Positions 10,485 through 19,888 are shown, counted from the first letter of the stretch. The stretch is DNA of 64,000 bases from an uncultured Bacteroidales bacterium (GCA_963789985.1 CAWBNA010000019.1:400464-464463), one strand, 5' to 3'. A program made the numbers and translations. The notes: generated from the sequence alone by a model not told the origin.

Positions 10485-10738
10485 ACACTACCAATTACCC
10501 GCACAACCTAAAACTAAATCTATTGAATATTTAAACTGTTTGTAGTTTCTTAATAATTTAGCAGTAAATATCTCAGCAAGAAAAAAACATAAAATCAAAT
10601 TAGTAATTTAATGGCTATGTTTTATCAAATTTATATAATAAGAATGGAAAAAATTAATGTTTTGAAACAATTTTTGAGAAAATTGTTAATAAGTTTTTAT
10701 TCAATCACTTTAACTGATTTAATGACTTTTCAATATTT

Positions 10739-11194
10739 ATGGTCATGGCCAAGGAAATAGAGCGCAAGTTTCTCGTAAAAGGAGAATTCAGGAATCTTTC
10801 AGGGAAAAAGGTAAATATAATACAGGCATATCTGTCTACTGATCCTGAAAGGATCGTTAGGTTAAGGATCGCAGGCGACAGGGCATTTCTTACATTAAAA
10901 AGTTTTGCAACCGGGAAAAAGATATCAAGAAATGAATGGGAGATAGAAATTCCCGTAAAGATGGCTGAAGAGATAATTGATATTTGTGTTCCGGGCAGAG
11001 TAAACAAAACACGATATTATATCCCTTTCGGAATTCATGTTTTTGAGGTTGATGAATTTCACGGTAAGAATGAAGGCCTGGTGGTTGCCGAAATTGAACT
11101 GTCAGATGAAAATGAAGTATTCGAGAAACCTGAATGGCTGGGGGAGGAGGTAACTGGAAGGCCTGAATATCAGAACTCAAACCTGATAAAATAG
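10739..11194 (+). CDS. CYTH-domain protein (triphosphate tunnel metalloenzyme)
   Basis: 151 aa with the N-terminal ExExK signature EIERKFLV. Confidence 0.8.
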   Translation: MVMAKEIERKFLVKGEFRNLSGKKVNIIQAYLSTDPERIVRLRIAGDRAFLTLKSFATGKKISRNEWEIEIPVKMAEEIIDICVPGRVNKTRYYIPFGIHVFEVDEFHGKNEGLVVAEIELSDENEVFEKPEWLGEEVTGRPEYQNSNLIK

Positions 11195-11298
11195 CCCTAT
11201 TTCAGAAACACAAAACAGACATTAATGACCAGATATAAAAGATCAAATAAATATGATTGGCGCCAGGCAGGAGAAAGAGGCATGTCCTGATATCAGGA

Positions 11299-11778
11299 TC
11301 AGAGGACTTTGGAATAGATTTGTTTCGGATCACCGGGCGCATAGAAATCCCTGAGGCTTGCGGCCAGCTGGTATCCGTTTTTCCTGTAGAAGGTTTCAGT
11401 TGGTCCGTAAAGCGGCCTTCCTGAGGTCTCTATCCAGAGTATCCCGCCACCCATCTCCCTTACATCATCCTCAACTGCCTTAAGAATGATAGAACCCAGC
11501 TTTTTGTTTCGTGAGTTATCATGCACTGCGATCCAGTAAAGTTCCCATGAATGAGTTGAAAATTCATTCTTTCCGTAGTTGGCAAATGCGACAAGACCAT
11601 CTTCATCTTCGGCTTTCATCCAATAATACCCGCTTTTTTCAACACCCCTGGTCAATGTTTCATCAGCCAGCTCAAGAGCTGTATCTATCTCAAAATCATA
11701 GAAAAAATCTGTCGATCTTAATATTTCCTCTATGAATTTCCGGTCTTCAGGTTTTATGCCTTTTGAAATCTTTGCCAT
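11299..11778 (-). CDS. GNAT-family N-acetyltransferase
   Basis: 159 aa with acetyl-CoA loop-like SRNKKLGSIILKAV. Last gene of the kamA operon. Confidence 0.75.
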   Translation of the reverse strand: MAKISKGIKPEDRKFIEEILRSTDFFYDFEIDTALELADETLTRGVEKSGYYWMKAEDEDGLVAFANYGKNEFSTHSWELYWIAVHDNSRNKKLGSIILKAVEDDVREMGGGILWIETSGRPLYGPTETFYRKNGYQLAASLRDFYAPGDPKQIYSKVL

Positions 11779-11784
11779 GCAGAA

Positions 11785-12753
11785 TCAGTTTAAATCGTCA
11801 ATAATACGCTCAAGAACCTTTGTAAAAGGAATACCGGCTTCCATAATGGCTGCCACAAGTCCGCTGTCAGGTGAAAGGCATGGGTTTGCATTGACTTCAA
11901 TGACATAAGGGGCATTTTTTTTATCAACCCTCATGTCCACTCTGGCATAACCTTTAAGACCGAAAACTTGCCAGCATTTCAGTGCCATATCTTTTATTTT
12001 TCCGGCAAGGACAAGGTTGAGCTTCTCATGCGGAAATTCCCTTTTTGTATTTTCATATTCAAAGCTCTCTTCCACCCATTTTGCCTTGAAATCCACGATT
12101 TTAGGCTTGTCTTTATCAAAATTATGGAATACCATTTCAGCCGGAGGCATCACTTCAGGCCCGTTTTCTCCTTTCAGAACGCTGATATTAAATTCCCTTC
12201 CGTCGATATAATCCTGGATGATCCAGTGAGAATCGTCAAAATCCTTGAAATGCAGTTCATAGCCAGGTTCAAATGTAAAGACCGATTCTCCCGTAATTCC
12301 CAAAGATCCGTCTTCCCATATTGGTTTTATTATATACCTGTTTCCCGGTTTTAAAAGTTTATACTGTGAAGGCAAAAGAGAGTTGGGAGTGGGTATTCCC
12401 TCCTCATGAAGGATTTTATTCGTGAGTGCCTTGCTGGTCGTTATGAACATTGCCTCGAGAGGATTTCCCGAGTAAGGAATAGAATACATATTCAGAAGTG
12501 CAGGGATGAAATAGCAAAGCTCTCCTTTATTGTTTATCGACTCGACAAGGTTAAAAACAAAATCAGGTCTGAGTTCTGCAACTTCTGAAATCTCATTCAT
12601 GAAATCAGAAGTGATCCCTTTTCTGAATGTCACTATTCCGAGTTCATTGAGATTGGTTTCGATATATTCAACCTGGACCAGAACATCAAGTTCATCAGGT
12701 AATGCACCTTCGCGTGGTAGGTTGTACAGTATGCAACAATTTCTTTTACTCAT
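11785..12753 (-). CDS. ATP-grasp ligase, D-Ala-D-Ala-ligase-like (copy 2)
   Basis: 322 aa with ATP-grasp C-terminal motifs (GYARVDMRVD, YVIEVNANP). 4-nt overlap with the upstream ATP-grasp gene. Confidence 0.75.
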   Translation of the reverse strand: MSKRNCCILYNLPREGALPDELDVLVQVEYIETNLNELGIVTFRKGITSDFMNEISEVAELRPDFVFNLVESINNKGELCYFIPALLNMYSIPYSGNPLEAMFITTSKALTNKILHEEGIPTPNSLLPSQYKLLKPGNRYIIKPIWEDGSLGITGESVFTFEPGYELHFKDFDDSHWIIQDYIDGREFNISVLKGENGPEVMPPAEMVFHNFDKDKPKIVDFKAKWVEESFEYENTKREFPHEKLNLVLAGKIKDMALKCWQVFGLKGYARVDMRVDKKNAPYVIEVNANPCLSPDSGLVAAIMEAGIPFTKVLERIIDDLN

Positions 12754-13724
12754 ATTTCAAGATGATGTCTTTTAAGCGCAGATTTCATAATCATTTCCAG
12801 CAATTCCTGGTATTCTATACCTGTTATTCTGGAGAGGATAGGAAGGTCTGAATCGATAGGGTGCAGTCCTGCAAGCGGATTTATCTCAATCAGGCAGATC
12901 CTGCCGTTACGGTCAGTTTTGAGGTCGATTCTTCCGGCATCCATGCCTCCGAGCGCTTTCCAGGCTTTCAGTGCAACTGTTTGACATTCGGATGTATATT
13001 GGGCTTCCATCGGCTTATACTTGCAGTAAACCTGGTAATTCTCTTTCAGTTCCAGGGAATAAGGCAAATTATCCCGGCACTCAATTTCCATTCCACCGAT
13101 TGCCACTGATTCATCGCCTGAACCAATTACGCCGACAGTAAACTCTCTTCCGGGCAGATATTCTTCGACAAGGGCAGGCTGATTGAATCTTGAAAATATC
13201 CATTCAGACATTTCCTTCAGTTCAGTCCGGGAATGAACAAGGCTTTTTTCCGTAATACCTTTTCCTGTTCCTTCAGAGACCGGCTTTATGAAAAGAGGAT
13301 AATGAAGGTCGCATTTGTCAACGTCACCGGGAGATGAAATAAGCATTCCCGGACTTAAAGGTATTCCGGAGGATGATAATACAAGACGGGTAAGGTGCTT
13401 GTTCAGTGATATACCCAGTACCACTGGTCCGCTGAAAACGTAAGGTATCCTGTATTGGTCAAGAATGGCGGGAACTACCGATTCTCTTCCGTCGCCATAA
13501 AGCCCTTCGGCAATGTTAAAGACCAAATCCCATCTCTTCCCTGAACCAAGGGCTTCAATGAGCTGAAAGCAGTTGCCGATTGATTCGGTTTCGAAGCCCA
13601 TTTTATGAAGAGCATCTCCAATGGCATCAACAGTTCCCTGTTTGTCAAATTCAGCGGTATCCTCCATAGAATAACCGCGATCAAGATACCATGACCGCAA
13701 GTCAAACGTCAATCCGATCTTCAT
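12750..13724 (-). CDS. ATP-grasp ligase, D-Ala-D-Ala-ligase-like (copy 1)
   Basis: 324 aa with motifs LFIKPVSEGTGKGI, EEYLPGREFTVGV and GRIDLKTD...LIEINPLAG. Confidence 0.75.
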   Translation of the reverse strand: MKIGLTFDLRSWYLDRGYSMEDTAEFDKQGTVDAIGDALHKMGFETESIGNCFQLIEALGSGKRWDLVFNIAEGLYGDGRESVVPAILDQYRIPYVFSGPVVLGISLNKHLTRLVLSSSGIPLSPGMLISSPGDVDKCDLHYPLFIKPVSEGTGKGITEKSLVHSRTELKEMSEWIFSRFNQPALVEEYLPGREFTVGVIGSGDESVAIGGMEIECRDNLPYSLELKENYQVYCKYKPMEAQYTSECQTVALKAWKALGGMDAGRIDLKTDRNGRICLIEINPLAGLHPIDSDLPILSRITGIEYQELLEMIMKSALKRHHLEI

Positions 13725-13734
13725 TTATACGAGT

Positions 13735-14976
13735 CTATTTCTCAGGATATTCACACCTGACACCCTTATAGTTACGCAGTACAATATGTTCATCGTTATG
13801 CTCCACCACATAGTTTGGAAGAAGTGGAATTTTACCTCCTCCGCCGGGAGCATCTATAACGAATGTCGGGACTGCATAACCGCTTGTGTAGCCCCTGAGT
13901 CCATGCATGATCTCAAGACCCTTTTTTACAGTGGTTCTGAAATGTCCCGATCCGGGAATCAGGTCACACTGATAAAGATAATAGGGCCTGACCCTTATCA
14001 TTAAGAGTTTGTGCATAAGTTCCGTCATGACCGGAACATTATCGTTTATTCCTTTCAGCAAAACAGTCTGACTGCCAAGCGGAAAACCACCATCAGCCAG
14101 TTTATTGCATGCTTTTGCACATTCTTCGGTTATCTCAAACGGATGGGAAAAATGAAGGCTCAGGAAAAGCGGGTGATACTTCTTAAGGATATTGATCAGC
14201 TTGTCTGTAATACGCATCGGTAATACCACCGGTACTCTTGTTCCGATACGTATGATCTCGACATGCTTAATGCTTCTGATATTATAAAGAATATAATCAA
14301 GTGTTTCATCTGTTAGTGTGAGAGGATCACCGCCGCTAATAAGAACATCCCTCACTTCCTTATGAGCTGCGATATATTCGAATGCTTTTTCGAAATCCTG
14401 CCTTCCAAGCTTGTCGAGCTTGCCTACCGAATGTGAACGTGTACAATACCTGCAGTAATTCGAGCAAACCTGTGTAACCGTGAAAAGAACCCTGTCGGGA
14501 TATCTGTGAACAATGCCCTTTACAGGAGATGATTCCTTCTCATGCAGGGGGTCTGAATGCTCACTGACCGACACAAGCAATTCCTCGACAACAGGAATCA
14601 CATTCCGGCGCAGAGGATGCCCCGGTCTCGTATTATATATCAGTGATGCAAAATAAGGAGTAATCCTCATAGGAAGCCGGCCTTTAAGGTTATTAATGGC
14701 CATAATCTCCTTTTCGGACAATTTCATGATTTTCTTCAGATCATCAATGCTTGTGAAAGCATTTCTAAGCTGCCATTTCCAATCATTCCAGGATTCTACC
14801 GTTGTTAGGGGAAAGAAGCGGCGCATGAACTCCGCGCTTCTGTTGCTAACTAACTGATTTGGGATTACGTTTTGCGAAAAAATCGTGGTTTCCGCGCCAG
14901 GCTCTTCATCAGAAGAGCAACCCACGAGGCGGCCCTCAACGTGAAGGGCTGCGACCTCATTATTGTTAGCATTCAT
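13735..14976 (-). CDS. kamA: lysine 2,3-aminomutase (KamA-family radical SAM/PLP enzyme)
   Basis: 413 aa with radical-SAM motif CSNYCRYCTR, plus WNDWKWQLRN and ISGGDPL motifs characteristic of KamA. Confidence 0.9.
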   Translation of the reverse strand: MNANNNEVAALHVEGRLVGCSSDEEPGAETTIFSQNVIPNQLVSNRSAEFMRRFFPLTTVESWNDWKWQLRNAFTSIDDLKKIMKLSEKEIMAINNLKGRLPMRITPYFASLIYNTRPGHPLRRNVIPVVEELLVSVSEHSDPLHEKESSPVKGIVHRYPDRVLFTVTQVCSNYCRYCTRSHSVGKLDKLGRQDFEKAFEYIAAHKEVRDVLISGGDPLTLTDETLDYILYNIRSIKHVEIIRIGTRVPVVLPMRITDKLINILKKYHPLFLSLHFSHPFEITEECAKACNKLADGGFPLGSQTVLLKGINDNVPVMTELMHKLLMIRVRPYYLYQCDLIPGSGHFRTTVKKGLEIMHGLRGYTSGYAVPTFVIDAPGGGGKIPLLPNYVVEHNDEHIVLRNYKGVRCEYPEK

Positions 14977-15620
14977 AACTGTCGATGAAAATTTTCACCT
15001 TTTTGCTTGATTTTCTAGTTTTAAATCGTTATTAGTTTAAAAATAATCCGACGAAAATATATATTCTGTAAATACATTGTATCATTCGCCCCATATAAAT
15101 ATTAACATGAATTTTATTTTATTAACAATTTTTTATTTAAATTTTTAAAAATAAAATCATATCGTATTGTTAGTCAATATATTAATCATGAACCGACTCA
15201 TGCGATGGCCTTCCTGGAAAACGATATTTTTTTTGCAATTCCTCATGACCGGATTTTAAATTATTATTTGTATAAGTCATCATGATCATCACCCATTTAT
15301 TAAAATTTAAAATTGAATGTTATCAATAATTATGCCAAAATACAACGACATTCTTTTCATATGCTTTTTCATGATCATGTCTTTAATTCCTCAGTCCAAA
15401 AAAATTTGCATTATAACGAACCAATATTGCTTTAATTATTCAGAGTAAGAAAAATCATTGTTTTTATCTGTGTAAATGACAACGAACATCCTGTTTTGTT
15501 CATTTAAGCAGATATGTGAAAAAAGGATAATAAAGTTAAAATGCTTATAATGAGCTATTAATGGCTTAGACTGCCTTTACTCCTGAAAGCTGAGATTCAG
15601 GGAAGCTGAAAAGCAGGATT

Positions 15621-16046
15621 TCAGTCTTTTTTTTCATCCGGGCTTTTCCTTAAAATCTTTTTCCAGCCCTTCCTTCGCTTCTCCTCAAGCCGCCCGGCTT
15701 TTGATTTTTCAGTTGGCTTTGTTGGAATGCGCTCACTCTTTTCTGCAAGCGACTCGGATAGTATCGAAAGCATTTTTTTTGTTGCTTTGTCCCTGTTCTT
15801 TATCTGCGACCGTTCTGATTGTGAAGTGACGACCAGTTCGCCGGAACTATTTATTTTCCTCCTTATGTTCTTAAGGATCAACTCCTTTTCATATTCTGTA
15901 AGAACAGATGATTGCACGATGTTAAACCGTATTTCCACCCTTGTATTTACTTTGTTCACGTTTTGCCCGCCCGGACCGCTGCTTCGGGATGCTGAAAAGC
16001 CTAATTCATTCTCAATGCCTCGTTCAAGAAGTGTTTCGGGATCCAT
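15621..16046 (-). CDS. arfB: alternative ribosome-rescue factor ArfB (peptidyl-tRNA hydrolase)
   Basis: 141 aa with GGQ motif GPGGQNVNKV and a basic C-terminal tail KAGRLEEKRRKGWKKILRK. Confidence 0.85.
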   Translation of the reverse strand: MDPETLLERGIENELGFSASRSSGPGGQNVNKVNTRVEIRFNIVQSSVLTEYEKELILKNIRRKINSSGELVVTSQSERSQIKNRDKATKKMLSILSESLAEKSERIPTKPTEKSKAGRLEEKRRKGWKKILRKSPDEKKD

Positions 16047-16146
16047 TGATTGAAATTTGTTTTAATTTTCTAAGGCAATCAGTTCACTCAAAAGATTGTC
16101 ATTTAACCAAAGTAACATAATTTTGTGGAACATTAAAAAAACCAAT

Positions 16147-16893
16147 ATGAATACTTCAGTTAAAAATCAATTCACTGCGCAGTGGAAAAAGTATTTCAAC
16201 AATTCGGAGCTTCCTATCACATTTTATTACACCAATGAGCCGGTAAATGCCGAAATAGTCAAACCTTCCGGTAAATGGAACTGTATTATATGCCAGCTTG
16301 CCAAAGTTAGGAGCGGCAAATCCCTGGCATTCAGCAAAGAATCTGTTACATGCGCAGGAGGAAAGCGTTTCCTTGGATTCACGGATAAAATAAGGCCAAA
16401 TTTTGAATATTTCCTCTCATGCGGAATAGAAAACAGGATGGAAGGAGAAAGATACATCAGGACACCTGAAATGGTAAAGGAGCTGATGAAGAACCAGAAG
16501 CATCCTGCCATTAACGGCAAATACATCGTTTTTAAAAGATGGGATAATCTTGAGGAACAGGACAACCCGGATGTGGTGATCTTCTTCTGCACACCTGATG
16601 TCCTTTCAGGCCTGTTTACCCTGTCAAATTTTGACCAGGTTGAGCCAAACAGCTCCTTTACTCCGTTCGGGTCGGGATGCAGTTCGACAATTCATTACCC
16701 TTACCTCGAAAAAGATTCTGAAAGGCCCCGTGCGGTGATAGGTATGTTTGACCCTTCAGCCAGAAAATGTGTTCCTGAGGAAGTACTTACATTTTCAGTG
16801 CCAATGAAGAAATTCCTTCAGATGGTCAGCTACATGGATGAGAGCTTCCTCATTACAGAATCATGGCGCCAAATAAAGGACAGAATCAGATAG
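16147..16893 (+). CDS. DUF169-like protein
   Basis: Start moved to ATG 16147. The family call comes from remembered similarity (FFCTPDVLSGLFTL region) and was not verified. Confidence 0.45.
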   Translation: MNTSVKNQFTAQWKKYFNNSELPITFYYTNEPVNAEIVKPSGKWNCIICQLAKVRSGKSLAFSKESVTCAGGKRFLGFTDKIRPNFEYFLSCGIENRMEGERYIRTPEMVKELMKNQKHPAINGKYIVFKRWDNLEEQDNPDVVIFFCTPDVLSGLFTLSNFDQVEPNSSFTPFGSGCSSTIHYPYLEKDSERPRAVIGMFDPSARKCVPEEVLTFSVPMKKFLQMVSYMDESFLITESWRQIKDRIR

Positions 16894-16896
16894 CTG

Positions 16897-19668
16897 TCAT
16901 TTACCGGCCTGTTCCTGAAACTCATATATATAATCACCCGACCCTTTACGGAACCCGGTACTTACCGGTAATTCATTCTCCCGGTCATTTCTTAATTCCC
17001 TGACCGTCACCAGCTCATCTTTGCGCGGGTTGAGAGGGGACCCGTTTTCAGTAACCTTTGAAAAATCATCAACGGGGAGTATCACTGTTGCAACCGTATT
17101 GACAGGGATACTTACCTTAACGACTATCTTCCCGTCCTTTCTTTCCCATCCCGATGAAATGGTGCCGTAAGGGCTGTCAAAAGAGGCTTTGGAATATTCA
17201 AGTTTTTTGGTAATCTGAGGATTGATCCTGAATTGCCTGTAACCGGGCTCCATGACTTCAATTCCTGCCGAAGACCTGTACATCCAGTCACCAATTGCCC
17301 CGTAAGCGTAATGGTTGAACGAGTTCATTCCTGAATCCTGGAATGTGCTGTCGGGCTTTTCACCGTCCCACCTTTCCCATATTGTTGTGGCACCCATTCT
17401 GACGGGATAAAGCCACGAGGGATATGTTTCCTGAAGCAGCAGGTCATATGCAACTTCAGAATATCCTTCCCTGGAAAGTACATGGCACAGGAAGGGAGTA
17501 CCGAGGAACCCGGTGGAAAGGTGGTTTCCCCTGCTCTTTATGTCTTCCACAAGATATTTTGCTGCCTTTTCTCTCAGATCATCAGGAAGAAGTTTGAATT
17601 GCAAGGCAAGTACGTAGGATGTCTGTGAATTTGTTCCTACTCTTCCGGCAGGTGTAACATATTCATTAATAAATACTTTCTTTATTTTTTCAAAAAGATC
17701 TGAATAAAACCTGGCATCGTCTGCTTTCCCGAGTTCCTTTGCTGCATCTGCCAGAATACTGGTGGAATAGGCAAAAAATGCCGTTGCGATGAAATCGTGT
17801 TCAGTATAGCCGTCCGGTTCGGTATGCTTATCTACAGGCGGGTGATAAAACAGCCAGTCACCATACTTGCTTCCACCTTTCCAGATATAGCTGTCACCTG
17901 CTTTTTTCCTGATATATTCAACCCATGCCTTCATGCCGGGATACTGGTTCTCCAGCAGTTTTTTGTCGCCATAAACCTGGTATATAGTCCATGGCACAAT
18001 AACTGCGACATCGCCCCATCCTGCTGACGGTACGGTAGTTGTTGAACCCTGTTTGTCAAGGATATCGGGAATGACATCGGGAACTTCACCGCCTGGTTTC
18101 TGATCAGCAGAGATATCCTTCAGCCATTTTGTAAAAAATGCTGAAACATCAAAATTAAATGCTGCTGTTCTGCTGAAGGCCTGTGCATCACCAGTCCACC
18201 CCAGACGTTCATCCCTTTGCGGACAGTCAGTTGGAACATCCACAAAGTTTCCCTTCTGGCCCCATTGAATATTATGCTGCAACCGGTTCAGAAGTGGATT
18301 TGAACATTCGAAGCTGCCGGTGACTTCCATATCAGAATGAACAACTATTCCCGTTATGTTATCCGCCGTCAGTTCTCCAGGAAAACCTTTGATTTCCACG
18401 TATCTGAAACCCATGAATGTAAACCGGGGCTCATATACCTCTTCCCCTGTGCCTGCAAGGGTATAGGTAAGCTGAGCTTTGGCTGAACGCAGGTTCTCAG
18501 TATAGAACTCTCCATACTTATCCAGCACTTCTGCATGGCGAATTGTAACGACTGTTCCTTTTGGCCCTGAGACCTTCAACCTGATCCATCCGACCATATT
18601 CTGGCCCAGATCAGCAACCAGGCTTCCCTTGAGAGTCCTGAAAATCCTCACTGGCTTTATTTCCTGAATCCTGCGCACTGCGGGTCCCTCCGTCGATATC
18701 AGGTTATCAAAGGAATAATTGCCTGTCCTGACATTTTTCCAGCCTGCATCGTTGAAACCGTTCAAATCCCATCCGGTAAGCTTTTTTGTAGCATCAAAGG
18801 TTTCACCGTTGTAGATATCGTTCATCCTTATAGCCCCGTCATTAATTCCTTTCCAGGTTTCATCGGTGGTAATCAGCGACTCGCTTCCGTCAGTATACCT
18901 GATTCTCATTTGCATGAGCAATCCAAGCCTCTTTCCATAAATGGCCCAGTTGTTGCCCCATGCAAGTGTGCCTCTGTACCATCCGTCACCAAGTACAGCT
19001 CCGACTGTGTTCGTTCCTTTTGTAAGCATCTGAGTGACATCAAATACTTGATACTGAAGCCTTTTAAGATAGGAAGTCCAGCCCGGTGTAAATACCTGGT
19101 CACCAACCTTCTTACCATTTATATGCAACTCATAGAAACCATGTGAAGTGACATACACCCTGGCCGATGCTATGCCTTTTGTAAGAGTGAATTCCTTTCT
19201 GAAATGTGGAGAAGGTGAGTAACGCATAGTATCTCCTTCAAGTTCAATCCATCCGGCTTTCCACCCTGAATGATCCAGAAGTCCTGTTTCCCAGTATGCA
19301 GTCCCGCTCCATTTTGATTCTTTTCCCCTGTTGTCCCATACTTTTACCTGCCAGTAATATCTCTGGCAAGGTTTCAGGGGTGAACCATTATAATCCACGA
19401 GGATTGACCGATTGGATATGACTTTCCCTGATTGCCAGACCATTCCTGAAGATGAGAATTTCGGATCAGCTGATACCTTTACGGAATATGCTTTCTGCAT
19501 TACATTTGATCCTGCAGCCTTAATTTTCCATGAAAGCCTGGGCTGCAGAGCATCGATTCCCAAAGGATTGCTTTTATGTTCGCATGTCAGATCATAAACC
19601 GACAGATCCTGAGAAAAAGAATATGTCGTAAAAAGCATAACTGCAATTATCAATTTAAGTGATTTCAT
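16897..19668 (-). CDS. alpha-L-rhamnosidase (GH78)
   Basis: 923 aa with a signal peptide and the catalytic-domain motif DCPQRDERLGWTGD typical of GH78. Confidence 0.9.
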   Translation of the reverse strand: MKSLKLIIAVMLFTTYSFSQDLSVYDLTCEHKSNPLGIDALQPRLSWKIKAAGSNVMQKAYSVKVSADPKFSSSGMVWQSGKVISNRSILVDYNGSPLKPCQRYYWQVKVWDNRGKESKWSGTAYWETGLLDHSGWKAGWIELEGDTMRYSPSPHFRKEFTLTKGIASARVYVTSHGFYELHINGKKVGDQVFTPGWTSYLKRLQYQVFDVTQMLTKGTNTVGAVLGDGWYRGTLAWGNNWAIYGKRLGLLMQMRIRYTDGSESLITTDETWKGINDGAIRMNDIYNGETFDATKKLTGWDLNGFNDAGWKNVRTGNYSFDNLISTEGPAVRRIQEIKPVRIFRTLKGSLVADLGQNMVGWIRLKVSGPKGTVVTIRHAEVLDKYGEFYTENLRSAKAQLTYTLAGTGEEVYEPRFTFMGFRYVEIKGFPGELTADNITGIVVHSDMEVTGSFECSNPLLNRLQHNIQWGQKGNFVDVPTDCPQRDERLGWTGDAQAFSRTAAFNFDVSAFFTKWLKDISADQKPGGEVPDVIPDILDKQGSTTTVPSAGWGDVAVIVPWTIYQVYGDKKLLENQYPGMKAWVEYIRKKAGDSYIWKGGSKYGDWLFYHPPVDKHTEPDGYTEHDFIATAFFAYSTSILADAAKELGKADDARFYSDLFEKIKKVFINEYVTPAGRVGTNSQTSYVLALQFKLLPDDLREKAAKYLVEDIKSRGNHLSTGFLGTPFLCHVLSREGYSEVAYDLLLQETYPSWLYPVRMGATTIWERWDGEKPDSTFQDSGMNSFNHYAYGAIGDWMYRSSAGIEVMEPGYRQFRINPQITKKLEYSKASFDSPYGTISSGWERKDGKIVVKVSIPVNTVATVILPVDDFSKVTENGSPLNPRKDELVTVRELRNDRENELPVSTGFRKGSGDYIYEFQEQAGK

Positions 19669-19766
19669 GTGTAAATAATTTTAATTTTAATGGTCACATG
19701 GAACCCACATGTTTGGAGAGGTATTTACATTTTTGTTTGTGTCTGGATAGAATGTGGGTTTCATAT
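19662..19766 (-). repeat. ~100-nt conserved leader element, copy A (upstream of GH78 gene)
   Basis: About 8 mismatches per 100 nt against 58386-58490 by eye. Contains an 11-bp inverted repeat (19700-19710 / 19752-19762, one G-T pair). Confidence 0.85.
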
Positions 19767-19782
19767 TATGAATTTTAGGTGC

Positions 19783-19817
19783 GATAAAATTGAATTTGAA
19801 ATTTATCCAATTTTATC
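19783..19817. promoter_or_regulatory. 10-bp perfect inverted repeat in the divergent GH78/rhaT control region (candidate operator)
   Basis: GATAAAATTG (19783-19792) and CAATTTTATC (19808-19817), separated by 15 nt. Confidence 0.35.
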
Positions 19818-19888
19818 TGATTTGGGAAAAGTAAAATGACTAATTTTATAATCTTTGTTTAAAATTGGAAGTTTTGACATCTCAGTAA

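Noticed and set aside
11285-11298. 14-bp perfect palindrome TCCTGATATCAGGA abutting the GNAT stop codon.
   Set aside because: It is short, has no loop and occurs once between convergent genes. It could be a weak terminator or chance, and there is too little to support a feature call.
14977-15620. Lysine (L-box) riboswitch upstream of kamA.
   Set aside because: The spacer is uniformly AT-rich. I could not find the GC-rich conserved helices or core motifs expected of an L-box. This is only a by-eye check, and a covariance-model scan would be decisive.
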